DNA from: Armatimonadota bacterium
Lineage (GTDB): Bacteria > Armatimonadota > UBA5829 > DTLH01
Direction: 5' to 3'
NCBI GenBank assembly: GCA_039680575.1
Contig: JBDKSP010000095.1
Location: 12,910 to 76,909, forward strand
DNA length: 64,000 nt
This document shows positions 7,440 through 16,496 of the stretch, piece after piece. The notes beneath the pieces are model-generated. The model was not told where the DNA came from, ran no database searches, and saw nothing but the letters and a program-made list of their open reading frames with translations. The position numbers were made by a program, and so were the translations under genes. Each line of letters begins with the position of its first letter. Position 1 is the stretch's first letter.

Positions 7440-9782
7440 ATGCGCGTTATCATCAACGAGGAACCATTTATCGATCCATCCAAACATTGGGCCCAAAGAG
7501 GCTATTGGCCTGCTAAGGTAATCGCTCATCCAGAAATAACGACGGATGAAGCATCCGTGACGGCTTACCGCAGATACTTCAACCTGCCAAAAGACACGAA
7601 AATTCGCATCCATGTCACTGCAGATGAACGGTATGAACTGTTCCTTGATGGCATGCGGATCGGGCGCGGCCCGGAACGTGGAGACAGAGATAACTGGTTT
7701 TACGAGACATACGGTCTGGACCTGAAAGCTGGAGAACATACACTTGTCGCTCGGACATGGTGGCTCGGCTCGGACAGCCCAGCACCCTACGCGCAGATTA
7801 TGGTACGCCCTGGCTTCGTCCTTGCTGCAGAAGGAATCGAGCCGGAGGTCCTGAACACCGGTGTTGCCGAGTGGGACAGCAAGATCATCGGTGGATATTC
7901 AACCGTCAGCCCTGATGGTGCAGCTTGGGGAGCCGGTGCGAAGGTCCATATAAAAGGTGATGAGTTCGCATGGGGGTTCGAGACAGGAAACGGTGATGGC
8001 TGGTCCCCAGCTAAAGCAATATGCAGGATAGCAGCCGCATCGTATGCAAACGAATATCCGCCCATCTGGATGCTTCGCCCTGCGGTCCTTCCTCCGATGA
8101 TGGAAGAACCAAGGAAAGTGGGAGTTGCGAGGCATATTCAGGGTGTTGATACCGAAGATACTTCACCTATCCGTGTTGCAAGTGCGGATAACATCCCCGC
8201 CGAAGCTGATAGTTGGAACAGGCTCCTTAAAGGCGAGAGCACGGTTGTTATTCCGAAAAATACCATGCGCCGCCTTATAATAGACCTTGAGAACTACTAT
8301 ACAGCCTATCCTGAGTTTACCGTATCGGAAGGAAAAGGCTCAAAAATCAGAATATTCTGGGCTGAGGCGCTGTATCTCAACATCGATAATAGAAAATCGG
8401 GAAAAGGAAACCGCAACGAAGTAGAGGGTAAATACTTCTTCGGAATGGGCGATACTTTCGAGCCGGACGGAGGCAAATCCCGAAGGTTTGACACTCTCTG
8501 GTGGGAAGCGGGACGTTATCTGGAGGTCTTCATCTCGACTGCTGACCAACCGCTTATAATAGAAGACTTTACACTTCGCGAGACTCATTTTCCATACGAT
8601 TTTGAGAGTAAAATCGACGCAAGCGACTCCAAACTTGCCGAAGTAATACCGATAGCGCTGAGGACTCTTGAAATGTGCTCACACGAGACTTACATGGACT
8701 GCCCATACTATGAGCAGTTGATGTATGTGGGAGATACCAGGCTCGAAGTGCTGACTTCATATACCACAACCAGAGATGACAGGCTCCCTAAGAAGTCTCT
8801 TTTGATGTTTGACCGGTCGCGAAGGTTATCCGGGCTTACGCAGTCCCGCTATCCGAGCCGGGTGACACAGGTAATCCCACCGTTTTCGCTCTGGTGGGTC
8901 GGGATGGTCCACGACTTTGCGATGTGGAGGGATGACCCTGAGTTCGTCAGAAGCCTCATCCCCGGCGTTAGGACGGTGCTCAATGCTTTTATCGGTTATA
9001 TAAATACTGACGGGCTTGTAGAAGGTCCCAGGGGATGGAATTTCACGGACTGGGTACCAAACTGGTGGGACGGTATTCCGCCGGATGGGCACCTGGGCGT
9101 GAGCGGGATCCTCAACTGGCAGACCGCGCTGATACTCGGCCTTGCTGCAGATCTTGAAAATACTTTCGGAGACCCGGAAATCGCCCAGAGGAACTTGAGA
9201 ATACGTGATAGGATAGCAGCAATAGCAAAAGAGGCATTCTGGAATGAAGACCGAGGCATATTCGCTGACGATCTCTCTAAAGAGCACTACAGTGAGCATT
9301 CGCAGTGCCTCGCTCTCCTCAGTGGAACAGTCGATGGCTCCAAACGCGCAAGAATGATAGAGGGACTCTTGACTGACCCTAACCTTGAACGGACGACCAT
9401 CTATTTCAGCCACTATCTCTTCGAGACTTACCGGTTGATAGGGAGGATCGACAAGCTCTTTGAACGGATGGGGCTGTGGTTCGGACTGAAAGACCAGGGG
9501 TTCAAGACAACGCTTGAAATGCCGGAGCCGAGCAGGTCCGACTGCCATGCATGGGGAGCCCATCCCGTATATCATTACTTTGCCTCAGTGCTTGGAATCC
9601 GCCCCGCATCACCAGGGTTCAAGACGGTCAAAATCGAGCCGCAGCTTGGGCACTTGACATATGCAAAAGGTGAGCTGGCGCATCCATGGGGTATGATCAA
9701 AGTGGAGTTCGAGCAGAAAGACGGCGGATATTCAAGCAATATATCGCTTCCTGATGGAGTCGAGTTAGTATCAAAAGTTTAG
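7440..9782 (+). CDS. Alpha-L-rhamnosidase (GH78), cytoplasmic
   Basis: HVTADERYELFLDG...GRGP, YMDCPYYEQLMYVGD, SDCHAWGA, LGIRPASPGF; ATG at 7440 follows GGAG. Confidence 0.88.
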   Translation: MRVIINEEPFIDPSKHWAQRGYWPAKVIAHPEITTDEASVTAYRRYFNLPKDTKIRIHVTADERYELFLDGMRIGRGPERGDRDNWFYETYGLDLKAGEHTLVARTWWLGSDSPAPYAQIMVRPGFVLAAEGIEPEVLNTGVAEWDSKIIGGYSTVSPDGAAWGAGAKVHIKGDEFAWGFETGNGDGWSPAKAICRIAAASYANEYPPIWMLRPAVLPPMMEEPRKVGVARHIQGVDTEDTSPIRVASADNIPAEADSWNRLLKGESTVVIPKNTMRRLIIDLENYYTAYPEFTVSEGKGSKIRIFWAEALYLNIDNRKSGKGNRNEVEGKYFFGMGDTFEPDGGKSRRFDTLWWEAGRYLEVFISTADQPLIIEDFTLRETHFPYDFESKIDASDSKLAEVIPIALRTLEMCSHETYMDCPYYEQLMYVGDTRLEVLTSYTTTRDDRLPKKSLLMFDRSRRLSGLTQSRYPSRVTQVIPPFSLWWVGMVHDFAMWRDDPEFVRSLIPGVRTVLNAFIGYINTDGLVEGPRGWNFTDWVPNWWDGIPPDGHLGVSGILNWQTALILGLAADLENTFGDPEIAQRNLRIRDRIAAIAKEAFWNEDRGIFADDLSKEHYSEHSQCLALLSGTVDGSKRARMIEGLLTDPNLERTTIYFSHYLFETYRLIGRIDKLFERMGLWFGLKDQGFKTTLEMPEPSRSDCHAWGAHPVYHYFASVLGIRPASPGFKTVKIEPQLGHLTYAKGELAHPWGMIKVEFEQKDGGYSSNISLPDGVELVSKV

Positions 9783-9989
9783 GAACGAAGAGTTGTCAGA
9801 GACTTGTGCTTCTCCACGTGGTCCGGTAGTCGCGCGGTAGGATGGAAAGCAATCCCAAAGCAGATAAGCAGCGCATAAAGAAGCCGTGCTTTATCCCAGC
9901 CTCTGCATTTTCGTTACCAACTGATTGCTGAAGGCCGATAGCAGAGATAGTCATTATTATTCTGTCAAATTCTGTCAGTCTTATGAGAT

Positions 9990-10041
9990 AAGAAACACGC
10001 GGGTTCACTCAGTTCTCGACTTTTCTTCCCGCGCGTATCTT
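9990..10041 (-). terminator. Possible terminator hairpin after the cold-shock gene
   Basis: AAGAUACGCGCGGG / CCCGCGUGUUUCUU arms with a large loop directly after the stop codon. Confidence 0.4.
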
Positions 10042-10042
10042 T

Positions 10043-10261
10043 CTAGATTATGCCGACATTAACAGCTTGAGGGCCTTTCGCGCCATCTATAAGCTCAAAT
10101 TCGACATTTTGACCTTCACTCAGGGATTTATACCCTTCCTTCCTTATTGCAGTATAATGGACAAATACGTCTCTATTTCCATCTACCTCAAGGAAACCAT
10201 ATCCCTTGGAATCATTGAACCACTTGACCTTCCCGGTCATCATAATACTGCTTGAATCCAT
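10043..10261 (-). CDS. csp: Cold-shock domain protein (CspA family)
   Basis: [15 protein letters not shown] (RNP1), DVFVHYTAI (RNP2), [10 protein letters not shown]. Start could be the ATG at 10243/10240. Confidence 0.95.
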   Translation of the reverse strand: MDSSSIMMTGKVKWFNDSKGYGFLEVDGNRDVFVHYTAIRKEGYKSLSEGQNVEFELIDGAKGPQAVNVGII

Positions 10262-10315
10262 ATCTTATCGCATCCTCCGTTACATGCCAAAACAAGCAGG
10301 CTTGCAATGTCAGAT

Positions 10316-10344
10316 ATTGTAACATCAGTCAGCCTGCCTGTCAA
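10316..10344 (-). promoter_or_regulatory. Near-consensus sigma70 promoter for csp
   Basis: TTGACA - 17 nt - TACAAT with an extended TG. Confidence 0.7.
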
Positions 10345-10618
10345 CCTTTTTAGGAAGATTTATAGCGCTTATTGTTATACCTGAGGACTTAATTCATATA
10401 TTACACGCATTTGAGCTTGAGGTATGAGCATTCGTGTTCAGATATTATCATTATTCTGTATATCTGGGGTTGATGACGAGGGACTTCATCCATTCTATCG
10501 CCGCCTCAACTATATTGCCAATACATGCATATCGCAGTAACAAGATAGTCTCTCATATCGGCATTAGTATGACAAGATCATGTAGTGTGCTCTTAAATCG
10601 AGAATGTGTTATGAGGTT

Positions 10619-11605
10619 TTATTTTTCCTTTTTGTCAGCAGCCAGAGCGCGTATTTCACCGCAGGTTACGGCGGCTACTCCGACCTTTCGCACCGCAGCG
10701 CCACCTGCGAGGTTTCCAATCTTTGCAGCATCCACCGGCGATGCTCCTGCGGCAAGCGCAAGGCTGATTGCACTGATCACAGTATCCCCTGCACCGGCGA
10801 CATCATACACCTCTATGGGTATTGCAGGAACGGTAGTAGCGGAATCTTCGTTGAATATGGTCAACCCGGCAGATCCACGAGTAACAACAAGACAATCCAG
10901 TGCCAAGTCGGACAGCATACGCTGCCCTGCTGACTTGATTATACCCTCACTGTGAAATTTGGTTCCGGCCACTGCCTCAGCTTCTGACCGATTCAGCGTA
11001 ACAAGCTTTGCGCCCTCAAATCCATTGATATTGACTGGTTTCGGGTTCGCTGTACATATCTTCCCCATTTCGCGGGCAAGCGCAACGGCTCTCTTCGCCA
11101 CGGCAGGAACCAGCACGCCTTTGTTATAGTCCGAGAGGATGAGAACATCGCAGTCAGCCAGTTTTTTGCGTATTTCTCTCAGAAGTCTCTCGACAATGCC
11201 TTCATTCACTGGTTCATGCGTTTCTCTGTCAACTCGCACGACTTGCTGGCGATGTGATACCCATATTCTGGTTTTGCGAGTAGTCACACGTGACGGGTCC
11301 ACTACAAGGCCGGTGGTATCCACACCGGTATCCTGAAGCTTCTTCTCGAGCTCTTCTCCATATGAATCGTCGCCGACTACCCCGACTATTGCTGCGTTTC
11401 CACCAAGCGCTCTAATGTTATTCACTACATTTGCGGCTCCGCCGGGAAGCACCTCCGATTCGCCGTTTGCGTCTACCACAAGCACTGGTGCCTCCGGCGA
11501 TACACGGCTGGTTGTCCCCCAGATGTGCTCATCCACCATTAAATCACCTGCTACAAGCACTTTTATCCGGCTGAAACGTTCCAGAATATGAGACAAGCTA
11601 TCCAA
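10619..11605 (-). CDS. rfaE1: D-glycero-beta-D-manno-heptose-7-phosphate kinase (stand-alone HldE/RfaE domain I)
   Basis: VAGDLMVD, RVSPEAPV, GGAANV, SDYNKG, VYDVAGAGDTV; no adenylyltransferase half. Confidence 0.9.
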   Translation of the reverse strand: MDSLSHILERFSRIKVLVAGDLMVDEHIWGTTSRVSPEAPVLVVDANGESEVLPGGAANVVNNIRALGGNAAIVGVVGDDSYGEELEKKLQDTGVDTTGLVVDPSRVTTRKTRIWVSHRQQVVRVDRETHEPVNEGIVERLLREIRKKLADCDVLILSDYNKGVLVPAVAKRAVALAREMGKICTANPKPVNINGFEGAKLVTLNRSEAEAVAGTKFHSEGIIKSAGQRMLSDLALDCLVVTRGSAGLTIFNEDSATTVPAIPIEVYDVAGAGDTVISAISLALAAGASPVDAAKIGNLAGGAAVRKVGVAAVTCGEIRALAADKKEK

Positions 11606-11609
11606 AGAC

Positions 11610-12566
11610 CTAACCCTCCTGTGACTCGATCACCGCAGCCGCGATCAAAGGCAGCATGATCTCATGATGCCCCACCAGCGATACCGACCGGCCTCCAAGC
11701 GTGCGTACCCGCCTGACAATCTGTTCTTCTGACCGGTACTGACGTATAAAGTCCAAGTTCACTGCAAATACTTTATCTAAATTGCACCCTACATTTGTAC
11801 CCATTGCAAATGATTTCAGTGCAACCTCTGGAAGCACTACAGCGGAACCTACATTAAGGAGCACCCCACCCCGCTGCATTAAATCCTCTATCGAAGCTGC
11901 GAATATCCTGAAATCACGCATAGAACAATCACCTATAGCGGAACCATCGGCTCCCGGATGCATGTGGACTATATCCGTACCTATCCCGACATGCACTGTC
12001 GCCGGGATTCCGGCTATACTTGCCGCAACGAGCAGGCTGGAGGATATACCAGGCGCATTTGACTTGATAAGCCTTTCACCAAGGGATTCACCGAACCCCT
12101 GCGACAGATCCCTACCGGCTACTGCCGCAGAGTTTACGAACTCCGCAGTCTCTAGCCCCATGCCGAACCTGCCTTCCTTCAGACCGGCAACTACATCCTC
12201 CGATGTGCGGCCGAAGAGCGCTATTTCCGTATCGTGTATCGCTCCAGCGCCGTTCATAGCAAGTCCGGTGACAATCCCTCTTGCAATAAGGTCCGCTATA
12301 ACCGGAGACAGCCCGCACTTTATGACATGAGCTCCGATTGAAAGGATAATTGGACGTTTCTCACGGACTGCATCCGATATGGCCGTTATCGCAGTCTTTA
12401 TATCTTTACCGGCCAGAATGTCAGGAAATGATGAGATGAGACCAGTTATGGTGCCACCCGCTCGCCATGCAGACGCTGCGCTTCCAATCTCGACCTTCCT
12501 AGGCTGTTTTCCGACCTCATGAGCCTTTATCCGGCTGCAATCAAATTCTCTAAACTTCGATGACAT
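11610..12566 (-). CDS. Deoxyhypusine-synthase-like fold protein of unknown function
   Basis: IGAHVIKCGL, LAMNGAGAIHD, TVHVGIGTDIVHMHP, GSAVVLPEV, GHHEIMLP. Confidence 0.7.
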   Translation of the reverse strand: MSSKFREFDCSRIKAHEVGKQPRKVEIGSAASAWRAGGTITGLISSFPDILAGKDIKTAITAISDAVREKRPIILSIGAHVIKCGLSPVIADLIARGIVTGLAMNGAGAIHDTEIALFGRTSEDVVAGLKEGRFGMGLETAEFVNSAAVAGRDLSQGFGESLGERLIKSNAPGISSSLLVAASIAGIPATVHVGIGTDIVHMHPGADGSAIGDCSMRDFRIFAASIEDLMQRGGVLLNVGSAVVLPEVALKSFAMGTNVGCNLDKVFAVNLDFIRQYRSEEQIVRRVRTLGGRSVSLVGHHEIMLPLIAAAVIESQEG

Positions 12567-12587
12567 CTATATCTATCCTTATGGCGG

Positions 12588-13550
12588 TCAACTCTTCTGC
12601 CAACTGCCGAACAACTTTACATACAACCAGCTTTCGCGCTTTGGCCTGCCCAATATATACCAAAGAGCGATCAATCCATTTACAACTGCTTTCCGGCGGC
12701 AGCTTTCAGCAAGACCGAGTGTTACTACCACACCAAACGCATTCATGAGAGACTTTGTCAGCGTATTGGTAAACTGGAAACACCCTACCATCAACGCAGG
12801 TCCGATACCGAAATGTTTACGCATGTAATAACACCTGCCGCGATGACGCTCGATGTAGGATGCTATACGTATGCGCCTTACAGAAACTCCGACGAAATGT
12901 ATGATCTTTGCCTCAGGCACATACTCCATCTGCCAGCCGGCGCCAGCGATCATTTTGGACAGGTCCGGGTCTTCACAATAGAAGAAAAATGACTCGTCAA
13001 AGCCGCCGACTTCTTCAAATGCTGCCCGCCTGACCATAATAGCTGCCCCGCAGAAATACGCAATTCCGGCAAGCTGCTCTTTTTGCTCCACCATGCGGAC
13101 GATTTCTTTCCTGACGCTCTTCCTGGCGCTCGAAAAAAGCACCGTTTTGGGAGTCATCAGGAGCGCCACGACCTCCTGGTCCTTGTCATCGGCGCCCACA
13201 ATCCGAGGCGCAGCTATACCGGCTTTCGGGTTGGATTCCAGTGCCGAAGCAAGACGATCAAGAGCGTAAGGGCATGCCAGCGTATCGCTGTTTAGAATGA
13301 AAAGAAATTCCCCCTGCGCTTTTTTTGCGCCGAGATTATTTGCCCGTCCAAACCCAAGGTTTTTACTGCACTTTATTACCTTGACCGATGGAAACCGCTC
13401 ACTAATAGCCTCCGCAGACCCATCGGCCGACGCGTTGTCTACAACGATTATCTCGTAAGATCTCGGGGGGACCGTCTCTTCGAGCGATGCTATGCAATCA
13501 ATTACAAGCTGCTTCGTATTATAGTTGACTATGATAACGCTAATATCCAA
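12588..13550 (-). CDS. GT2 glycosyltransferase (WbbL-like)
   Basis: ISVIIVNYN, VVDNASADGS, NLGFGRANN, LNSD, GGFDESFFFYCED. Confidence 0.9.
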   Translation of the reverse strand: MDISVIIVNYNTKQLVIDCIASLEETVPPRSYEIIVVDNASADGSAEAISERFPSVKVIKCSKNLGFGRANNLGAKKAQGEFLFILNSDTLACPYALDRLASALESNPKAGIAAPRIVGADDKDQEVVALLMTPKTVLFSSARKSVRKEIVRMVEQKEQLAGIAYFCGAAIMVRRAAFEEVGGFDESFFFYCEDPDLSKMIAGAGWQMEYVPEAKIIHFVGVSVRRIRIASYIERHRGRCYYMRKHFGIGPALMVGCFQFTNTLTKSLMNAFGVVVTLGLAESCRRKAVVNGLIALWYILGRPKRESWLYVKLFGSWQKS

Positions 13551-13567
13551 TTTATCTCTGCTGGTAA

Positions 13568-14338
13568 CTACTGTTTAGGCTGCTTTTCCCCGCGGCTGTT
13601 GCTCTGGAGTTCCCACATAATGGAGTAATGCACCAGCCTGAAGAAGACCGGCATTGCCGAAAAGACCAGCCCCGGCACACCGTGCAAGAACCCACGCCAC
13701 AAAATGTAACGTCTGAAAAAAAGGTTCGGAAGTCCTGCAAAGTGACGGAATCCGACACGTTTACCCTTAGTAAAATCGTCTTCAGCGCAGGCCCTGGCGT
13801 ACCGAAGGTTCTTCTCATACCACTCTTTAAGCTCTGTGATATTGTAATGCTCAAGATAACCCTTAACAGAGCCGCTTTTACCGCTGTAAACAAGCTTTGC
13901 GTGAGTCGATCTGTCGATAAACTTCACTCGGTCCCGGCGGAAGAGCCTTATCTCAGGCTTGGGATGCATGACCCCATATTCAGCCGGTCTATCTCTGTAA
14001 TAATTCCTCCTGAGTACCTTATAGACGTCACACTTGGGCTCTGTTTTGAGCAGAGACTGTATGTTTTTTGCAAGCTCAGGAGATACAGCTTCATCCGAAT
14101 CGATAAAAATCGTCCAGAGGTTCGAGCATTTGTCCGCAGCAAGCTGCCTCTGCCTGTTCGAACCCGGCCACTCGTTATAGAAAAACTTATCAGTATACTC
14201 ACGGCATATCTCTTCGGTCTTATCAGTGCTACCGGAGTCGACAACAACTATTTCATCCGCCCATTTGACCGATTCCAGGCACTCACGGATGCAATTCTCT
14301 TCATTCTTCGTAATGATAATAACCGAAAGCTTTTCTAT
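13568..14338 (-). CDS. GT2 LPS core glycosyltransferase (WaaE/KdtX-like), 256 aa, predicted ATA start codon
   Basis: The frame of the 133-aa ORF extends without stops to I-EKLSVIIITKNEENCIRECLESVKWADEIVVVDSGSTD...FIDSDE. GGAGG sits 8 nt before ATA(14338). In-frame TGA at 14368-14366. Confidence 0.85.
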   Translation of the reverse strand: MEKLSVIIITKNEENCIRECLESVKWADEIVVVDSGSTDKTEEICREYTDKFFYNEWPGSNRQRQLAADKCSNLWTIFIDSDEAVSPELAKNIQSLLKTEPKCDVYKVLRRNYYRDRPAEYGVMHPKPEIRLFRRDRVKFIDRSTHAKLVYSGKSGSVKGYLEHYNITELKEWYEKNLRYARACAEDDFTKGKRVGFRHFAGLPNLFFRRYILWRGFLHGVPGLVFSAMPVFFRLVHYSIMWELQSNSRGEKQPKQ

Positions 14339-15354
14339 TTTTCTTTCCTCCGTTGGGAGATGAGTTCAGATGCAGCATCGAATGCCCGCTCAACCGTAAT
14401 AGCCTGAAGACACTTGAAATCGCCGCAGGTGGGCTTATGTCCACACGGGGCGCATGGCAGTTGCTCCCAGAGCACCTTCGACTTATCACAATACGGCCCC
14501 GTTATCCTCGGATCAGTCGGCCCAAAGACCGCAACCACCGGGGTTCCGACTGAAACCGCGAGATGCATCGGTCCGGTATCGTTGCTGACTACCGCGTCGC
14601 ATCTTTCGAGGACCGCCGCGAGCTGCCCGATCTTCGTGCGCCCTGCGATGTCTATCGGCGGGTTCTTTGCCCTACGCATCACATCGTCTACCGTTTCGCG
14701 TTCGGACTCCGACCCTACTATTAGCACATTTAGGCCATCCGAAGCAAGCCTGTCAGCAAGTGCCGCATATCGATCAGGAAACCACTGCTTCGCGGCAACA
14801 CTCGATCCGGGACTGATGGCTACTGTCGGTCTGTCTTCCGATATTCCGACAGATTCAAGCAGATCTGCTGCAAAATCACGCTCCTTATCCGATGTAAACA
14901 TCTCCATTTTAGGATTTCGGACATCCGCGCCTATTGCTCGCGCGAGATCGAGATACCATTCCACCCTGTGACAGCCGGGTCTGCGTGAAACGGGATGCGT
15001 CAAGAACTTGGTCAACCCAGGCTCATCGAAGCCGACTCTAGTAGTAGCACCCGCCCACTTTCCAAGCGCGGCCATTCTGACAGAACTGAAGGTAAACAGC
15101 ACACTCTTATCGCATCCACCTGCACGTACCTTAGGAATCATCTTGATAATCGAGAGAGGTCCCCTTTTACGTGTCAAAACCTCATCAACGCATGGATTAT
15201 GCTTGAGGAGGTCTTCCATACCGGAAAGCACGACATTACGGATGCGTGCGCCAGGAAAACTTTCTTTCAGTGCTCGTATCGCTGGTGTCGTGAAAAGAAT
15301 ATCACCTATGTGGTTGAGATTGAGCAGAAGCAGGCTGCCATGATTGTTATGCAA
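14335..15354 (-). CDS. GT9 heptosyltransferase (WaaF/WaaQ-like)
   Basis: HIGDILFTTP, KQWF, VSNDTGPMHLA, VFGPT, CAPC. Confidence 0.88.
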   Translation of the reverse strand: MHNNHGSLLLLNLNHIGDILFTTPAIRALKESFPGARIRNVVLSGMEDLLKHNPCVDEVLTRKRGPLSIIKMIPKVRAGGCDKSVLFTFSSVRMAALGKWAGATTRVGFDEPGLTKFLTHPVSRRPGCHRVEWYLDLARAIGADVRNPKMEMFTSDKERDFAADLLESVGISEDRPTVAISPGSSVAAKQWFPDRYAALADRLASDGLNVLIVGSESERETVDDVMRRAKNPPIDIAGRTKIGQLAAVLERCDAVVSNDTGPMHLAVSVGTPVVAVFGPTDPRITGPYCDKSKVLWEQLPCAPCGHKPTCGDFKCLQAITVERAFDAASELISQRRKEK

Positions 15355-15356
15355 AA

Positions 15357-16496
15357 TCAGGCAACCTCTTTTCGTGTATTAGGCAGAAGTGCATTCCGCA
15401 AAACATCGCGATAGATGCGCAGATTGCCCTCGACCATCTGATCGACGCTGAATTCTGACTGTACCAACAGTCGTCCGTTCTCTCCGAACCGCTTCCCCAG
15501 GTCTCTATCACGGAATAGCTTAAGAACCGACTGCTTTATCGCCTCTTTATCCTCAGGCGAGATCAAAAACCCGGTTTCCCCATCTTTGACTATCTCCGGT
15601 ATACCGCCGACAGCCGATGCAACTATCGGAACACCGGCATGCGCAGCCTGTAACAGGGATACTCCAAGCCCTTCACGAAGAGCGGGATGCACTACGGCAT
15701 CCAGATTGGGAAGGATTCTGTCCATATCGTTCCTGAATCCCGCAAACTGTACTGCCTCCGATATTCCCAACTCCTGAACATTACTTTCCAGTTGAGACCG
15801 GAGCGGGCCTTTACCAAAGATCAGGAACCGTGCCTCAGGAAACTCCTTCAATATATCCGGTATGACTGAAAAGAGATATCTGTGGCCTTTTCGGTCAATA
15901 AGCTGGGCTATCACACCTGCTACCGGCGCATCCTGTGAGACACCGAATTCGGACCTAAACCACTCTCTATCCCTGTCATACTGAGGCCGGGTTGTCACGA
16001 TAGCGCTGTGGACAAGCTCAAGCCGTTTTTCGTCGATGCCACAGTCACTGAGCACCTTCCTAATCCCATCAGAGATAGTTATGATCTTGTCCGGCAGCAC
16101 ATTATACTTAAAGCGACCGAAAGCGCCCAGGCTGATCCTGTCATCTACACGGCGGGACAGGACCACTGCGGGGACTCGCGCCATTCTTGCTGCCACTCCG
16201 CCCAAGACTTCCGCGCCCCTCCTGCTGTGCAGATGCACTACATCAGGCTTTACCTTCCGCACCGCACTGTAGACTCTCAGGACAAGCGATGGATCGCAGT
16301 CACACAATACACTCACAGGATGAACGGCTATGCCCGACCTGCGAGCTTCTGCCTCTATAGCGCTTCCTTTAGCACATACGAGATCGACACCATGTCCTCT
16401 CTCAGCCAGACCGCGCATAAGATAGACGACCTGCAGAGCACCGCCGTACATATGTCTGCCGAACTCGATATGCAGTGTATTTATACGGCCTTTCAA
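15357..16496 (-). CDS. GT4 glycosyltransferase
   Basis: YGGALQV, RKGH, EGLGVSLLQA, GGIPE. Start moved to TTG 16496 (TTGA overlap, GGAGG upstream). Confidence 0.88.
   Translation of the reverse strand: MKGRINTLHIEFGRHMYGGALQVVYLMRGLAERGHGVDLVCAKGSAIEAEARRSGIAVHPVSVLCDCDPSLVLRVYSAVRKVKPDVVHLHSRRGAEVLGGVAARMARVPAVVLSRRVDDRISLGAFGRFKYNVLPDKIITISDGIRKVLSDCGIDEKRLELVHSAIVTTRPQYDRDREWFRSEFGVSQDAPVAGVIAQLIDRKGHRYLFSVIPDILKEFPEARFLIFGKGPLRSQLESNVQELGISEAVQFAGFRNDMDRILPNLDAVVHPALREGLGVSLLQAAHAGVPIVASAVGGIPEIVKDGETGFLISPEDKEAIKQSVLKLFRDRDLGKRFGENGRLLVQSEFSVDQMVEGNLRIYRDVLRNALLPNTRKEVA

Noticed and set aside
8826..9575. 249-aa minus-strand ORF
   Set aside because: Shadow of the GH78 gene.
9796..10008. 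70-aa minus-strand ORF as a confident gene or type I toxin
   Set aside because: No clear RBS and its annotated start lies inside the csp terminator hairpin; kept only as a caveat in the rod-fold finding.
10434..10955. 173-aa plus-strand ORF
   Set aside because: Mostly antisense to rfaE1; no RBS or motif support.
13628..14407. 259-aa plus-strand ORF
   Set aside because: Antisense shadow of the ATA-start GT2 gene; no recognisable motifs.
13948..14489. Frameshifted or pseudogene reading of the GT2 region
   Set aside because: Manual translation gives one continuous frame from 14338 to 13568; no frameshift is needed.
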